34,288 nt of DNA from a virus (Duplodnaviria; Caudoviricetes). The DNA lies in IMG/VR virus record IMGVR_UViG_3300014656_001808, positions 1 to 34,288 of that record; one strand, 5' to 3'. The translations under genes were made by a program, and so were the position numbers. The notes under the pieces were generated by a model. It worked only from the letters and a program-made list of their open reading frames with translations. It was not told where the DNA came from and did no database searches. Every line of letters begins with the position of its first letter. Position 1 is the stretch's first letter. Below, piece after piece: positions 16,223-25,340 of the stretch.

Positions 16223-18067
16223 TTATTCCTCCGCCGGCTCAGTACGACGAAGATTCTCTTCGTCGATAACGCCAAACATCGAATCAACCAGCACGCCACC
16301 CACCGCGTAAGGCCCACCGTCAACCAGCATCAGATCACCACACTCATCCGGCGCCGCAACTTTTAGATTCTCGAAGACCGTCACCGGACCACCGGCACCC
16401 TTTAGCACGTCACCCGGCCGCACCTCCACCGCCGGCCGCCCGCCGATGGTATGCGTTTCGGTCAGCGTCACGTCACCGTGCGAGGTCACCACCTTCACAA
16501 ACTTATTGCTATCCGGATGCGGCGGGCCGAGATCCTTGGCCACCACTGTATCAAAACCATTGGCACCCAATACCTGATCGCCAAGTTGCACATCTCGTAA
16601 TCGCCGCGTCCCCCGCGCCGTCACCACCGGCGCATCATCCGCCAAACAGACGAACATCTTGGCCGCCATCACCGGGAGTGCCGTGCCAAACAGCGATCCA
16701 ATACCCGCCGCCGTGCCAACCCCGGCCGCCGTTCCCGCCATCGTCCCACCCATGCCGGCAAGGAACGACTGCGAACTACTCGGCGCCGAGTCGCGGTACT
16801 CATCACCGGCCGATCCCACGCCCAGGTTGTACGACCGCTGCGCCGCCATCATCGGATCCGGATACTGGTTGTTGATTCCGCTCAGCACGTTGACCAGGTT
16901 CATCGCCAGGTCACCGCGCCAGCCGAGTTCGTCCTGCCAGCTCCGTTCGTCCGCCCCGATCATCTGGTCACTCAACAGCGCGTCGATGCTCCGCCGCGCC
17001 CCTTGCGACCGCTCCAGGGCACTCAGATAATCGCCCGAAAGCTGCGTCTGGTAGCCCAGTTCTTCGCGCCGCAAACCTTCCTTCAACCGCCCGACCGATT
17101 CCTGCTTCTGGCTTTCGACCCCGGCCGCCACGCCCGGCGCCATGGTCGAGCCCGACAGCCCCAGATCGACCAGCCGTTGCTGCTGCTGTGAATTCAGATT
17201 GTCGTAGTCCCGCCGAATATCCTTCTCGGCCTGCTCACCGAGCCCCTTGAGCTTTTCCATCGCGGCTTCGTAGCGCCCGGAGTAACCTTGCAGCGCCAGC
17301 GGCAGCGCTTCGTTGAGCGCCCCTTGCAACTCCTGCCGCTTGGCCATGTAAGCCGCTTCCTTCGCGGCGACGGCATTGATCTCGTCGGCCTCCGCCTTGG
17401 TCATATCCAGCGTACCGCCCGCCTCCGTCGCCTGCGCCTGCTGTTTGGGTGCATACTTCTCACCAAACGTATTCCACAGCCAGGCATCCCAGCCTTGTTC
17501 GTCCATGCCCGCCCTATGCAACCCGGTCCCGGCCAGTCCACCCGGCCCTTCCCAGGTGTTATAGCGCGCCTCCATCTCAGCTTTCTTGTGCTCCGGCAAC
17601 CAGCTCAGGTCGAACTTGCCACGCACTAACGGTTGCCCGCCACCCCCACCGCCCGCGCGCCGCGTCGGCTGCGCCACACCACCGCCGCCCGCCTGCTGAC
17701 CGCCCATCGGCCCCATCACGTTGATCGCCGGCGGAACCTGCCCATAGGCCGAGCGGTACACGTCTTGCGCCCCGGGCCCGCCCATCAGCGCCGCCGTGTC
17801 CACGTCCACGCCGGTCAACAGCCGGTTGGCCTGCCCCTGGCGCAAGCCCTGCGTCCGCGCCGGACCCTGCGCGAACATCTGCCCGCCGTAACCTTCCAGG
17901 TTGCCGAAGATCCCCCGGATCTCATCCAGGATGCGCTGATTGGCCGCGGTAGCTTCGTCGGTGGCATATTGCGTCCCCACGCCGCCGATCAGGTTCATAA
18001 TCAGCCGCTCGATTTCGGTGTTGGCGCCCCCACCCGCCAGCCTTAATGCTTTACCCAGAAAACCCAT
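16223..18067 (-). CDS. Putative DNA ejection/pilot protein with C-terminal Hint domain
   Basis: Gly/Ala/Gln-rich coiled body typical of podovirus ejection proteins; from Cys474 CLADDAPVVTARGTRRLRDVQLGDQVL...LTETH...VRPGD...GDLML..GGPYAVGGVLVDS matches Hint blocks A, B, F and G. Confidence 0.8.
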   Translation of the reverse strand: MGFLGKALRLAGGGANTEIERLIMNLIGGVGTQYATDEATAANQRILDEIRGIFGNLEGYGGQMFAQGPARTQGLRQGQANRLLTGVDVDTAALMGGPGAQDVYRSAYGQVPPAINVMGPMGGQQAGGGGVAQPTRRAGGGGGGQPLVRGKFDLSWLPEHKKAEMEARYNTWEGPGGLAGTGLHRAGMDEQGWDAWLWNTFGEKYAPKQQAQATEAGGTLDMTKAEADEINAVAAKEAAYMAKRQELQGALNEALPLALQGYSGRYEAAMEKLKGLGEQAEKDIRRDYDNLNSQQQQRLVDLGLSGSTMAPGVAAGVESQKQESVGRLKEGLRREELGYQTQLSGDYLSALERSQGARRSIDALLSDQMIGADERSWQDELGWRGDLAMNLVNVLSGINNQYPDPMMAAQRSYNLGVGSAGDEYRDSAPSSSQSFLAGMGGTMAGTAAGVGTAAGIGSLFGTALPVMAAKMFVCLADDAPVVTARGTRRLRDVQLGDQVLGANGFDTVVAKDLGPPHPDSNKFVKVVTSHGDVTLTETHTIGGRPAVEVRPGDVLKGAGGPVTVFENLKVAAPDECGDLMLVDGGPYAVGGVLVDSMFGVIDEENLRRTEPAEE

Positions 18068-18111
18068 GGCGACTCTCCACTTCTATGTGGGACCGGTTTT
18101 CAACCGGTCAA

Positions 18112-19035
18112 TCAGGTCAGCACAAACACCAGCATCACGGTCAGGTCTTCGGCGTCACCGTTCGACCCGGCCACCGTGCAGTTCACTTCCAGATCCTCAC
18201 CGTATTGAAGATCGTACTGCGCCGTATCGATCGCCACGGCCGACCCGTCAACCCACGTATCGGCCGCCCCGAGCTGGACCCCGTTCCCGCCGTCTTCGCT
18301 CGAAACCGCCACGGCGTTGACCTTGACGTTACATTTCGGCTGATTGGCCCCTGAATCCACCGATCCATGCAGCATATGGATCGACACCAGGTAAGCCGCC
18401 TTGCCGCCCCACTTCCGGGCGGAGTTGTTATCAGCGCTCAGCAGGTCAGCCGCCCCGTCGCCGTAGGTACTACCGATAAACAGAGTTTCCTGGTGGACCA
18501 TTTCCGGCGTGCCGACGTACAGCGCGGTCACGTCGCCGCTCAGGGACGCCCCGCGAATGTCGATCGACGTATTCGCCACCACCGCAGCCACGATCCCGTA
18601 GTAGTCCGTCCCGCCGATGGTGTACCTGACCGGCAGGCCCACGGCCATATCCGACGTATTTGACATGGCCAGCGTGTCGGTATCGGTCGGCGTATCGGTA
18701 TAGTACGCATCGAGCACCGTTTTCCAGCGCGTCACGGCCACGTTGTTGAGGGCTTCGCGGATCCCCTGTTCGGTGACCAGTTGCGTATCGACGCCTGGAT
18801 CGTTGACGACGGTATTGAGGGTCAGCCCGTCCTTGAGCGTGCGGGTAGCCGCGTCCCATTGCGGCACCGAGTTCAGCGTGGTCGCCGCCGGCCCCAGCGC
18901 CAGGCTGTTCAGACTGATGAAATTGGCCACGGTGACCTTTTTGGTCACACCCGTCACCTCGACCACTACCAGATCAGTCCCGGCGATGGCTCCGGTTTCG
19001 GCGTCCAGATCGGCAATAAGCACTTCAGCGGGCAT
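18112..19035 (-). CDS. Virion structural protein (tail fibre/spike accessory)
   Basis: Beta-rich V/T/D/G composition; N-terminal IADL..ETG.IAGTDLVVV....VTKKVTVAN fibre-type motif; position in the tail module. Confidence 0.6.
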   Translation of the reverse strand: MPAEVLIADLDAETGAIAGTDLVVVEVTGVTKKVTVANFISLNSLALGPAATTLNSVPQWDAATRTLKDGLTLNTVVNDPGVDTQLVTEQGIREALNNVAVTRWKTVLDAYYTDTPTDTDTLAMSNTSDMAVGLPVRYTIGGTDYYGIVAAVVANTSIDIRGASLSGDVTALYVGTPEMVHQETLFIGSTYGDGAADLLSADNNSARKWGGKAAYLVSIHMLHGSVDSGANQPKCNVKVNAVAVSSEDGGNGVQLGAADTWVDGSAVAIDTAQYDLQYGEDLEVNCTVAGSNGDAEDLTVMLVFVLT

Positions 19036-19526
19036 TACAAACCTCCTGCCACCAGGCGATCGTCGAGCCGTTTGGCATAGGCCCCGATGCTCACACAGAT
19101 GGCCCGGCTATCGTTCGCCAGGATATGACTGTCATCGTCGGCGTTCAGGGTGCAGATCGGCGCCAGCGATTGATTGTGCGTCACGATTTTGCGGCTGACC
19201 CACGCCCGCCAGGTAGCCACGTTCAGGTTGATCGTACTACCCTCGTCGTCGATTAGCACCTTTCCCATTGGCGTACCCAGCGCGCACTCCAGCGTCAGTG
19301 ATTCTTCGAGCGTTTGCAGCCGCGTTTCCATGTTGTCGAGCCACAGGCGGATGCGTTGCAGGGCTTGCCTGACCTCGTGGGCATACTCGGCGTTCGGATT
19401 GAATCCGCGCACGTAAACCGGTTCCGCCCGCCCCGCGTCGATTGTGACCGGCTCTTCCGCGACCAGCCCGGCCGGGAAGTACGCATTCGCGTAGCAGCCG
19501 CTATTAAAATACCTCTTCAAAAACAT
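19035..19526 (-). CDS. Virion-associated protein
   Basis: Start reassigned to ATG 19526 (TGATG coupling); MF..RYF....A..YFP N-terminus. Confidence 0.6.
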   Translation of the reverse strand: MFLKRYFNSGCYANAYFPAGLVAEEPVTIDAGRAEPVYVRGFNPNAEYAHEVRQALQRIRLWLDNMETRLQTLEESLTLECALGTPMGKVLIDDEGSTINLNVATWRAWVSRKIVTHNQSLAPICTLNADDDSHILANDSRAICVSIGAYAKRLDDRLVAGGL

Positions 19527-20395
19527 CAGCTCACATCCAACACGATCACTAACCGCTGCTCGTCGGCGTCCACGGTACACTGAATCCGGTTCTTCGTATC
19601 GTTCACGTCCCTTATGATCACTGAGTTGCCGGTAATGGTCAGTTTTCCAGCCAGCGCCGACAGCACGAGCCGAAGCGCCTGGCGTAACGTATAGCTGGTC
19701 TCGATCCCGTCCGCCCGGTCCAGGATCCCGTCCGCAATCTCGTTGACCGCGTCGGTATTAAGGCCGAGCGCTTTAACGATCACCCCGTCCGTCCCGGTAT
19801 CCAGCAGGATCGCATCGATCAGCAGATCCAGCCGGCCCCCGTCGATCAAGTCGGTCAAGGCGCCCATGCGCGCCGCCGTAACTTCGTTGGTATTCGCCAG
19901 CTTCGTATCCAGATCCAGCCCGCCGGCGTCACTCACCGGCAACCCGCCCGCCGCATCCGCCGCCGCCGCCGGCAACGCCGTACCGGCCAGGCCGCGCGTG
20001 GCGCTGTACGCCGAATCACACAGCAGATCGTTCAAACCGGCCGCCCGAAAGCCGATCGTCGGACCCCGCCACGGCAGCACGCCGGTACAGTAGCCCGTGA
20101 ACCAGCCGTAGCCTTCCGTATCGTTGTTGATCGACGCGCCGGCCGCCGCCGGGATCTCGATCTTGTAGATCCCGTCGCCGACGTGCGACCAGTCGTAATC
20201 ACCACCGGTAGTCGGCGTCACGGCGGTTTGCGTGATTACCCCGGCCGACGTTACGAAGTTCCAGACCAGGTCCATCCCCGCCTGGTTGTAGACGATGGCC
20301 GTTTCGCGCGTCTTGAAGTCCGTATCGTCCGTCAGCGGAAAGATGTTCACCGGGACCGTTACGGCCGCATCAACGTCCATCCGGATGTCAGGCAT
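19526..20395 (-). CDS. Tail-associated structural protein
   Basis: AAAGGAG SD; C-terminal TLRQALRL..SALAGK......IRD.ND.K.RI..TVD module that I recognise from phage tail proteins. Confidence 0.65.
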   Translation of the reverse strand: MPDIRMDVDAAVTVPVNIFPLTDDTDFKTRETAIVYNQAGMDLVWNFVTSAGVITQTAVTPTTGGDYDWSHVGDGIYKIEIPAAAGASINNDTEGYGWFTGYCTGVLPWRGPTIGFRAAGLNDLLCDSAYSATRGLAGTALPAAAADAAGGLPVSDAGGLDLDTKLANTNEVTAARMGALTDLIDGGRLDLLIDAILLDTGTDGVIVKALGLNTDAVNEIADGILDRADGIETSYTLRQALRLVLSALAGKLTITGNSVIIRDVNDTKNRIQCTVDADEQRLVIVLDVS

Positions 20396-20406
20396 ATCGG
20401 TCTCCT

Positions 20407-20940
20407 TTACTGCTGCTGGCCGCGGTGGTAATGCGCCGGCGGTGCGTAGTACACCCGCATTTCGTGGCTATCAACCAACGCGGCCCCGGCTCCCACGGCA
20501 TCCCACCGGGCTCGCACGGCGGCCCCGAATGTCGCCCCGCCCATGATCCAGGCGTACAAGTCGGTGGCCGCGTTGCCCCACAGATCGGCCGCCCCGCCAT
20601 ACGTTATGTCTTCCCAACTGCCGTTCGCCCAGGCGGTCCCGGACGCCTTGCTGTCGCCGCGCAGCGTGCCGTTGGTTTGCAGCTTGATCACCGAATCTTT
20701 GACGGAAGCGCCCGTTCCCTGATGGCGAATGCGCACCTCAATGCCCAGTATCGAGGCACCTGCCGGGATAAGACTTGTCCAACCGTAACCTTGCGAAATG
20801 AGATACGTTGTCGATGTGGCATCGACCACCGCTTCACAGCCGACGTCGTTCTTAACCTTGATTAGTGTGTGATCGTTCCAACTGTTCCCCGTCCCCACTG
20901 CCCCGCTGACTGCTGGTAATGTCCACGCCGTAACCGCCAT
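20407..20940 (-). CDS. Virion structural protein (beta-sandwich-like)
   Basis: IPAGASILGIEVRI and YGGAADLWG motifs; tail module. Confidence 0.6.
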   Translation of the reverse strand: MAVTAWTLPAVSGAVGTGNSWNDHTLIKVKNDVGCEAVVDATSTTYLISQGYGWTSLIPAGASILGIEVRIRHQGTGASVKDSVIKLQTNGTLRGDSKASGTAWANGSWEDITYGGAADLWGNAATDLYAWIMGGATFGAAVRARWDAVGAGAALVDSHEMRVYYAPPAHYHRGQQQ

Positions 20941-20953
20941 TTCACAGTACGCC

Positions 20954-23443
20954 CTAATCTATAAGTTGCACGTCCGCCCGGGTCACTTTCGCCAGGATCG
21001 CCTCGATCGCCCAGCGCTGCGTCGCGCCGCCGGACACCTTGATGACCGCGGCTCCACCGAAGCCCTGGATACTTTCAACGTTGTTCAGCCCGGCCGCCCA
21101 ATTCGTGCTTCCGGCCACGTTGCCGGAAGCGAACGCCGTATCCCCGTTCATGGCCGCCTCGACGGCCTCTTCCGCCGTCTCGGCCACGTGCACTTCCCAG
21201 TCCGCCGCCCCGCTGCCTTGCGGCAGCGCGGCCACGATCTCGTCCAGCATGCCGCCGTAGCCGTCCGGCCCCAGCGCGATCGGCCCGTACAGCACGTAAC
21301 TGTCGATGGCCGTATCGTCGTCGTTCTCGCACTCGTCCCGGAACATCCGTGTGTAACCGTCGCGGCAACCCAGCAGCACGCCGTTGTCAAACGCCGATTG
21401 CGACGTGTGCCGCATGATCGCGGTCGGCTCGTGGTCATCCGCCAGACTGACCGGCCAGAACCCGCGCGACGACCAATCGAACCACCAGTGTCGCCGCTTG
21501 CGCGGATCGCCGCCCGTCAGAAACAAATGTACGCCTTCCGCGAAGCTGTCGTAGCTCATCAGCACTTCGTACTGTTCGGGATCCACCCGCTTCAACTCAA
21601 GCGGCAAGGGCCGGTCGGACAAATTTTCCGGCGGACTGGACCCGTCAGCCGGGACCACGAACAGCCCGTCCTGTCCGAGAAACAGGATCAGGTTATTGGG
21701 CCCGTAGCACCACGCCCCCATCGAGACAATTCCATGATCGCGGCTGAAGTTATCCAAACTACCACCCAGCGCCGGATCACCGCGCAAGATCCACAGTTCG
21801 TCCGAGCAACCGAAGATCACAAAGTCATCCCCGAACGGCGCCACCGCCGTGATCGGTTTACCAAGTAGCCCGGCGTCGGCCACCGGCCCGCCGACCGCCC
21901 GTTGCGCGTCGTTTACGTCAGCGCCGATGTCCCAATCCCACGGATTGTTCTGCCGGCACATGTACCAGACGTGCTTACCCGCCAGGATGATGCGCGCCCG
22001 GTAAGTTGCGATCAGATTACAACCCACCGGCAGATTGCCCACCATAGGTATATTTAGTCGTTCGTACCAAGGCATCAGTAGGTCGGTCTTTGGATCATAA
22101 ACTTTTGGCCCGACCTCGATGCTGAACGTAACCGGCCCGGCGCTACTGTTGACTGGATAGAGTCTCAAATATCGCGGATCGGTTCCGAGCACACCGCCAA
22201 TTCCATAAGTCCCGGCGAGCGCGCCGCTGCTGGGTGTTTCCTTTGATACGGCCACCAGATCCACAAGTTGGTCGATTCCCACCGTGTTCCAATCATCCAC
22301 ACCATCGGCTTCCAGGAGCGTCCCGCCGGTTCCCTGCGAAATGTCCCCGGCGCCCCGCAATACCGGCGTGCCACAATCGGCAATGTACAAACTCTGGCCG
22401 TACTGGGTGGCGTGCATTAACCGATCGCTGGCTAACGTATAGTCACTTGCTACCAACGACAGGTTGCCGACTTCCTTCTCACGGAACAGCCGCCCATCGC
22501 CTGAGCACACGATAATGCTGGCTTGCTTTTCGACCGTTTCAGTCGAGTAGAACATCTGCCGGAACTGGCGGAAGAGCGCCACGTCTTCGTCATCGACCAC
22601 CACCGCGCCGAACCCCATCGTCTGCCAGCCGGTTTCCGGGTAGGTATAAGCCGGGCTCGCGGCCACAATGTTGATCAGCGTGACACCCCGAAAGTGCAGC
22701 GCAATAAGCACCGTGTTGGCTGTATTATAACCCACGTACAGACTCATCCAGCCGGCACACGGGTAGGTCGTACTTATTGCGCCCAGCTCGCCCGGCTGAC
22801 CAACATCGGTACTGTCTACATTCTTGGTCAAAGCGCCGACGTGGTCATACGTTTTTACGTTGGCATTGATATTGCCATCGGCCGCCATCTCGATTTCCGC
22901 CACGATCCCGCCGCCCGGATTACCTGTCGGATCGTAACCACCGTTCATCAGCCCGGCGTACAACCGATATTTGGCCCCGCGATAGGCCCCGTTGTACGGC
23001 GCGATGAACGCCTGGACATAGTACCGGCCCGATTCGACCTCCACGTTTTGCAGTGGTCCGACACAGCCGTCCAGGCGGGTGCCGTTGCTGTAGGCGATTC
23101 TGGCCCAGCCGTCACCGTTGAGCGTCGGGAAACTACCCATCCAGGTGGGAATGGCCCATTCACCGCTCAGGTCGCGGCCGGCGAAATCGTCTTCGTACAG
23201 GTCGAAATCGTCGTCACGCAGGTAATTGACTTCCGCCATCAGCCGCATGGCCGTGGCGCTGGCGTGTCCCCGATGTGGCTTCATCAGCCCCGGCCGCACC
23301 CCGCCGCGCGCCCGGCCCTCGATCGTTTCGATCGGGCGCATGTTAAGCGCATCGGGCGTGGTATAGGGCGGCTGCGACTGGTAGCCGCCGCCCCGATGCA
23401 ACCCGCCCAGCGGGAACTGCAATTTACGCGGACGATAAGCCAC
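20954..23443 (-). CDS. Tail nozzle / packaged-DNA stabilisation protein (P22 gp10 / T7 gp12-like beta-propeller)
   Basis: GTG at 23443 with GAAAGGTGAG SD; FPLGGL...QPPYTTPDALNMR...RGGVRPGL N-terminus; ~830 aa of beta-propeller-type repeats; downstream of the adaptor. Confidence 0.72.
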   Translation of the reverse strand: MAYRPRKLQFPLGGLHRGGGYQSQPPYTTPDALNMRPIETIEGRARGGVRPGLMKPHRGHASATAMRLMAEVNYLRDDDFDLYEDDFAGRDLSGEWAIPTWMGSFPTLNGDGWARIAYSNGTRLDGCVGPLQNVEVESGRYYVQAFIAPYNGAYRGAKYRLYAGLMNGGYDPTGNPGGGIVAEIEMAADGNINANVKTYDHVGALTKNVDSTDVGQPGELGAISTTYPCAGWMSLYVGYNTANTVLIALHFRGVTLINIVAASPAYTYPETGWQTMGFGAVVVDDEDVALFRQFRQMFYSTETVEKQASIIVCSGDGRLFREKEVGNLSLVASDYTLASDRLMHATQYGQSLYIADCGTPVLRGAGDISQGTGGTLLEADGVDDWNTVGIDQLVDLVAVSKETPSSGALAGTYGIGGVLGTDPRYLRLYPVNSSAGPVTFSIEVGPKVYDPKTDLLMPWYERLNIPMVGNLPVGCNLIATYRARIILAGKHVWYMCRQNNPWDWDIGADVNDAQRAVGGPVADAGLLGKPITAVAPFGDDFVIFGCSDELWILRGDPALGGSLDNFSRDHGIVSMGAWCYGPNNLILFLGQDGLFVVPADGSSPPENLSDRPLPLELKRVDPEQYEVLMSYDSFAEGVHLFLTGGDPRKRRHWWFDWSSRGFWPVSLADDHEPTAIMRHTSQSAFDNGVLLGCRDGYTRMFRDECENDDDTAIDSYVLYGPIALGPDGYGGMLDEIVAALPQGSGAADWEVHVAETAEEAVEAAMNGDTAFASGNVAGSTNWAAGLNNVESIQGFGGAAVIKVSGGATQRWAIEAILAKVTRADVQLID

Positions 23444-23458
23444 AAACTCACCTTTCAT

Positions 23459-23529
23459 GGGGAGCATCGGCGTCCCGCCGGTATTTCCCGCGGCTGCACC
23501 ATCTGCCCGGCGAGACGCCGACGCTCCCC
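23459..23529. repeat. REPIN-like inverted doublet of GGAG-REP units
   Basis: GGGGAGCATCGGCGTCCCGCCGG (23459-23481) and an inverted copy (23507-23529), 21/23 identical; each arm has its own CGGCG-TCY-CGCCG hairpin. Confidence 0.75.
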
Positions 23530-23542
23530 TCAATCCTCAATC

Positions 23543-24361
23543 CTAGCTGGTCAGCGTCTTCCGCGTGTACTCCAGCCAGACGCCGTAGATATACAGTTCG
23601 TCGGTGGTCATCTCGCCGTTGGTCGGGTCGAACACGAGGGTCAGCGCCGCCGGCGCCGCCGGCACATGGGTTGCCGCGATGGTCATGCTGTACTCGGTCA
23701 GCGTCACGCCGCCATCCACTTCATCGTCCGTACCGGCGCAGTCGGTGTCACCCTTATTGAAGTACGCCTCGTTGACGATCACCGGCGTGTCGGTCGCACC
23801 GGCCATATTGGCCAGGTAATGCACCACCACATCGGCCGAATCGTCCAGGTCTGGCGGCATCGGGATCGTGCAGCCCACGGCGGTCTGCGTGGCGTTGCCG
23901 TCCCACGCCAGGACGATTTCTTTGTTCGCAAGCTGCTGGAAGCCCGGCGTAGCGCCGCCGGCCGCATACTTCGTCAAGGCCGTGCCGTCTTCCAGCGTGA
24001 ACGATCCGAGCGGGATCGGTACAAACGCCTGCGCGCTCTGAATATGCTGGAACGCTTCCTGCAAGGCGCCCTCGATCGTGGTCGCCGTGATCAGGCTGCC
24101 GGCGTCGGCCAGCTCGGTCGGCGCCTGCGCCTCGAAATCGCACGACGCTCCGGTACCGACGTTCTGGTACCAGGCGTCTGCCCGACCGGAAGCATCCGTG
24201 TGGATAAACAAGCAGCCCTTGGCGTAGCCCGTACTGGCCAAGGTCGGCACGGTCGGTCCCCAGGCCAGCAGGTGCCCGGCCAGCGCCGCCTGATAGAGGA
24301 CCTTGCCACTGGCCTCCATCAGCGCCTCGTTCAATTGTTTGTATAAGTTGTGTTCCGACAT
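23543..24361 (-). CDS. Virion structural protein
   Basis: CAGGAG SD; A/T/G/D-rich beta protein within the structural operon. Confidence 0.65.
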   Translation of the reverse strand: MSEHNLYKQLNEALMEASGKVLYQAALAGHLLAWGPTVPTLASTGYAKGCLFIHTDASGRADAWYQNVGTGASCDFEAQAPTELADAGSLITATTIEGALQEAFQHIQSAQAFVPIPLGSFTLEDGTALTKYAAGGATPGFQQLANKEIVLAWDGNATQTAVGCTIPMPPDLDDSADVVVHYLANMAGATDTPVIVNEAYFNKGDTDCAGTDDEVDGGVTLTEYSMTIAATHVPAAPAALTLVFDPTNGEMTTDELYIYGVWLEYTRKTLTS

Positions 24362-24367
24362 CGTCTA

Positions 24368-24979
24368 TCACTCCTGAAAGTAAAGGTCCAGCCAGGCGAA
24401 ATCGATTTCTATCGTCGCGTCGCCCGGTATGCCATCCGTGAACTGCCACACGATCCCCGTATTGGCGTGTTGCCAGTTGGCGACGGTCAGCGCCGCGACC
24501 GCCGCGCCCCATTCGGCCGTGAGTGTGTTTTTCAGATCGCCGACCACGTAGAGTTGCAACCCCGTCCCCGCCAGTGTGCCAATATCCGCCTTGCGGTCGG
24601 TACCGATCTGAGCGCCGGCGTGATCCACGATTTGCAGCAGCTTACAAATCGGCGCGCCGGTCTGCGCGGCGAGCATATTGAAAACCACGCCCGTTATCGT
24701 AGCCGCCGCCGGGATGGCCGCGCGGCCCATCAGGGCGGCGGCGTAGAATACCTCGCTATCCGGCGCGGCCCCCGACAGCGTCACGCTGGCCTCACCGCTG
24801 CCGGATGATTCGATATGGCTGGTATCGGCCCACGGCACGTTGCCCGGCGCCTGACTGTTCTGATAATCCGGCGGCAAGCGCAGCACGCCGCGCACCAGCG
24901 CCGGATCGATCCCGCGGTAGAACAGCGGCATTCGTCGCCGTCCGGTCAACCGTCTGGCTGTAGGCCATATCACCGCCAT
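24368..24979 (-). CDS. Virion structural protein (related to 20407-20940)
   Basis: IPAAATITGVVF motif resembles IPAGASILGIEV; GAGG SD. Confidence 0.6.
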   Translation of the reverse strand: MAVIWPTARRLTGRRRMPLFYRGIDPALVRGVLRLPPDYQNSQAPGNVPWADTSHIESSGSGEASVTLSGAAPDSEVFYAAALMGRAAIPAAATITGVVFNMLAAQTGAPICKLLQIVDHAGAQIGTDRKADIGTLAGTGLQLYVVGDLKNTLTAEWGAAVAALTVANWQHANTGIVWQFTDGIPGDATIEIDFAWLDLYFQE

Positions 24980-24994
24980 TACCCTCTTCCGTTC

Positions 24995-25330
24995 TTAGAT
25001 CGCGCCGGCCCCGCCTTCATAGTTCCGCACCGTCTCGCACGGCATCAACTGGAACGAAGGCAAGGCGGTCGGCGATTCATAGTACAGCCTGGTAAACCCG
25101 GCCGGCAACACGATCGACTGATTGGCGTGCAGGATGATCTTGCCGGCTTCCGCCGTCTTGTCCGCCGTCGCCGCGCCGTCCGGGCTCAGCACGATAATAT
25201 CCGCGTCCGCCACGCCGCCCACGGTTTCGCCGTTGTGCGACACCGCGTAGGCCACGTGTTCCTCCAGGTCGATACTGGCCTGTGTGGTTGACGACGCCAG
25301 CACGTTACCGAATTTGCTTGCCGCTGCCAT
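24995..25330 (-). CDS. Small virion protein
   Basis: GGAG SD; 111 aa; in the structural operon. Confidence 0.65.
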   Translation of the reverse strand: MAAASKFGNVLASSTTQASIDLEEHVAYAVSHNGETVGGVADADIIVLSPDGAATADKTAEAGKIILHANQSIVLPAGFTRLYYESPTALPSFQLMPCETVRNYEGGAGAI

Positions 25331-25340
25331 AGTACAGCTC

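Noticed and set aside
16223-16648. Canonical splicing intein in the 614-aa protein
   Set aside because: No terminal His-Asn, no endonuclease domain and almost no C-extein; treated as a cleavage-only Hint domain.
23444-23533. N-terminal extension of the nozzle ORF in the ORF track
   Set aside because: It is the translation of the REPIN-like doublet; a GTG with a good SD lies at 23443.
18112-24979. Diversity-generating retroelement or invertible fibre cassette
   Set aside because: No reverse transcriptase, no TR/VR pair and no inverted fibre fragments seen in the window.
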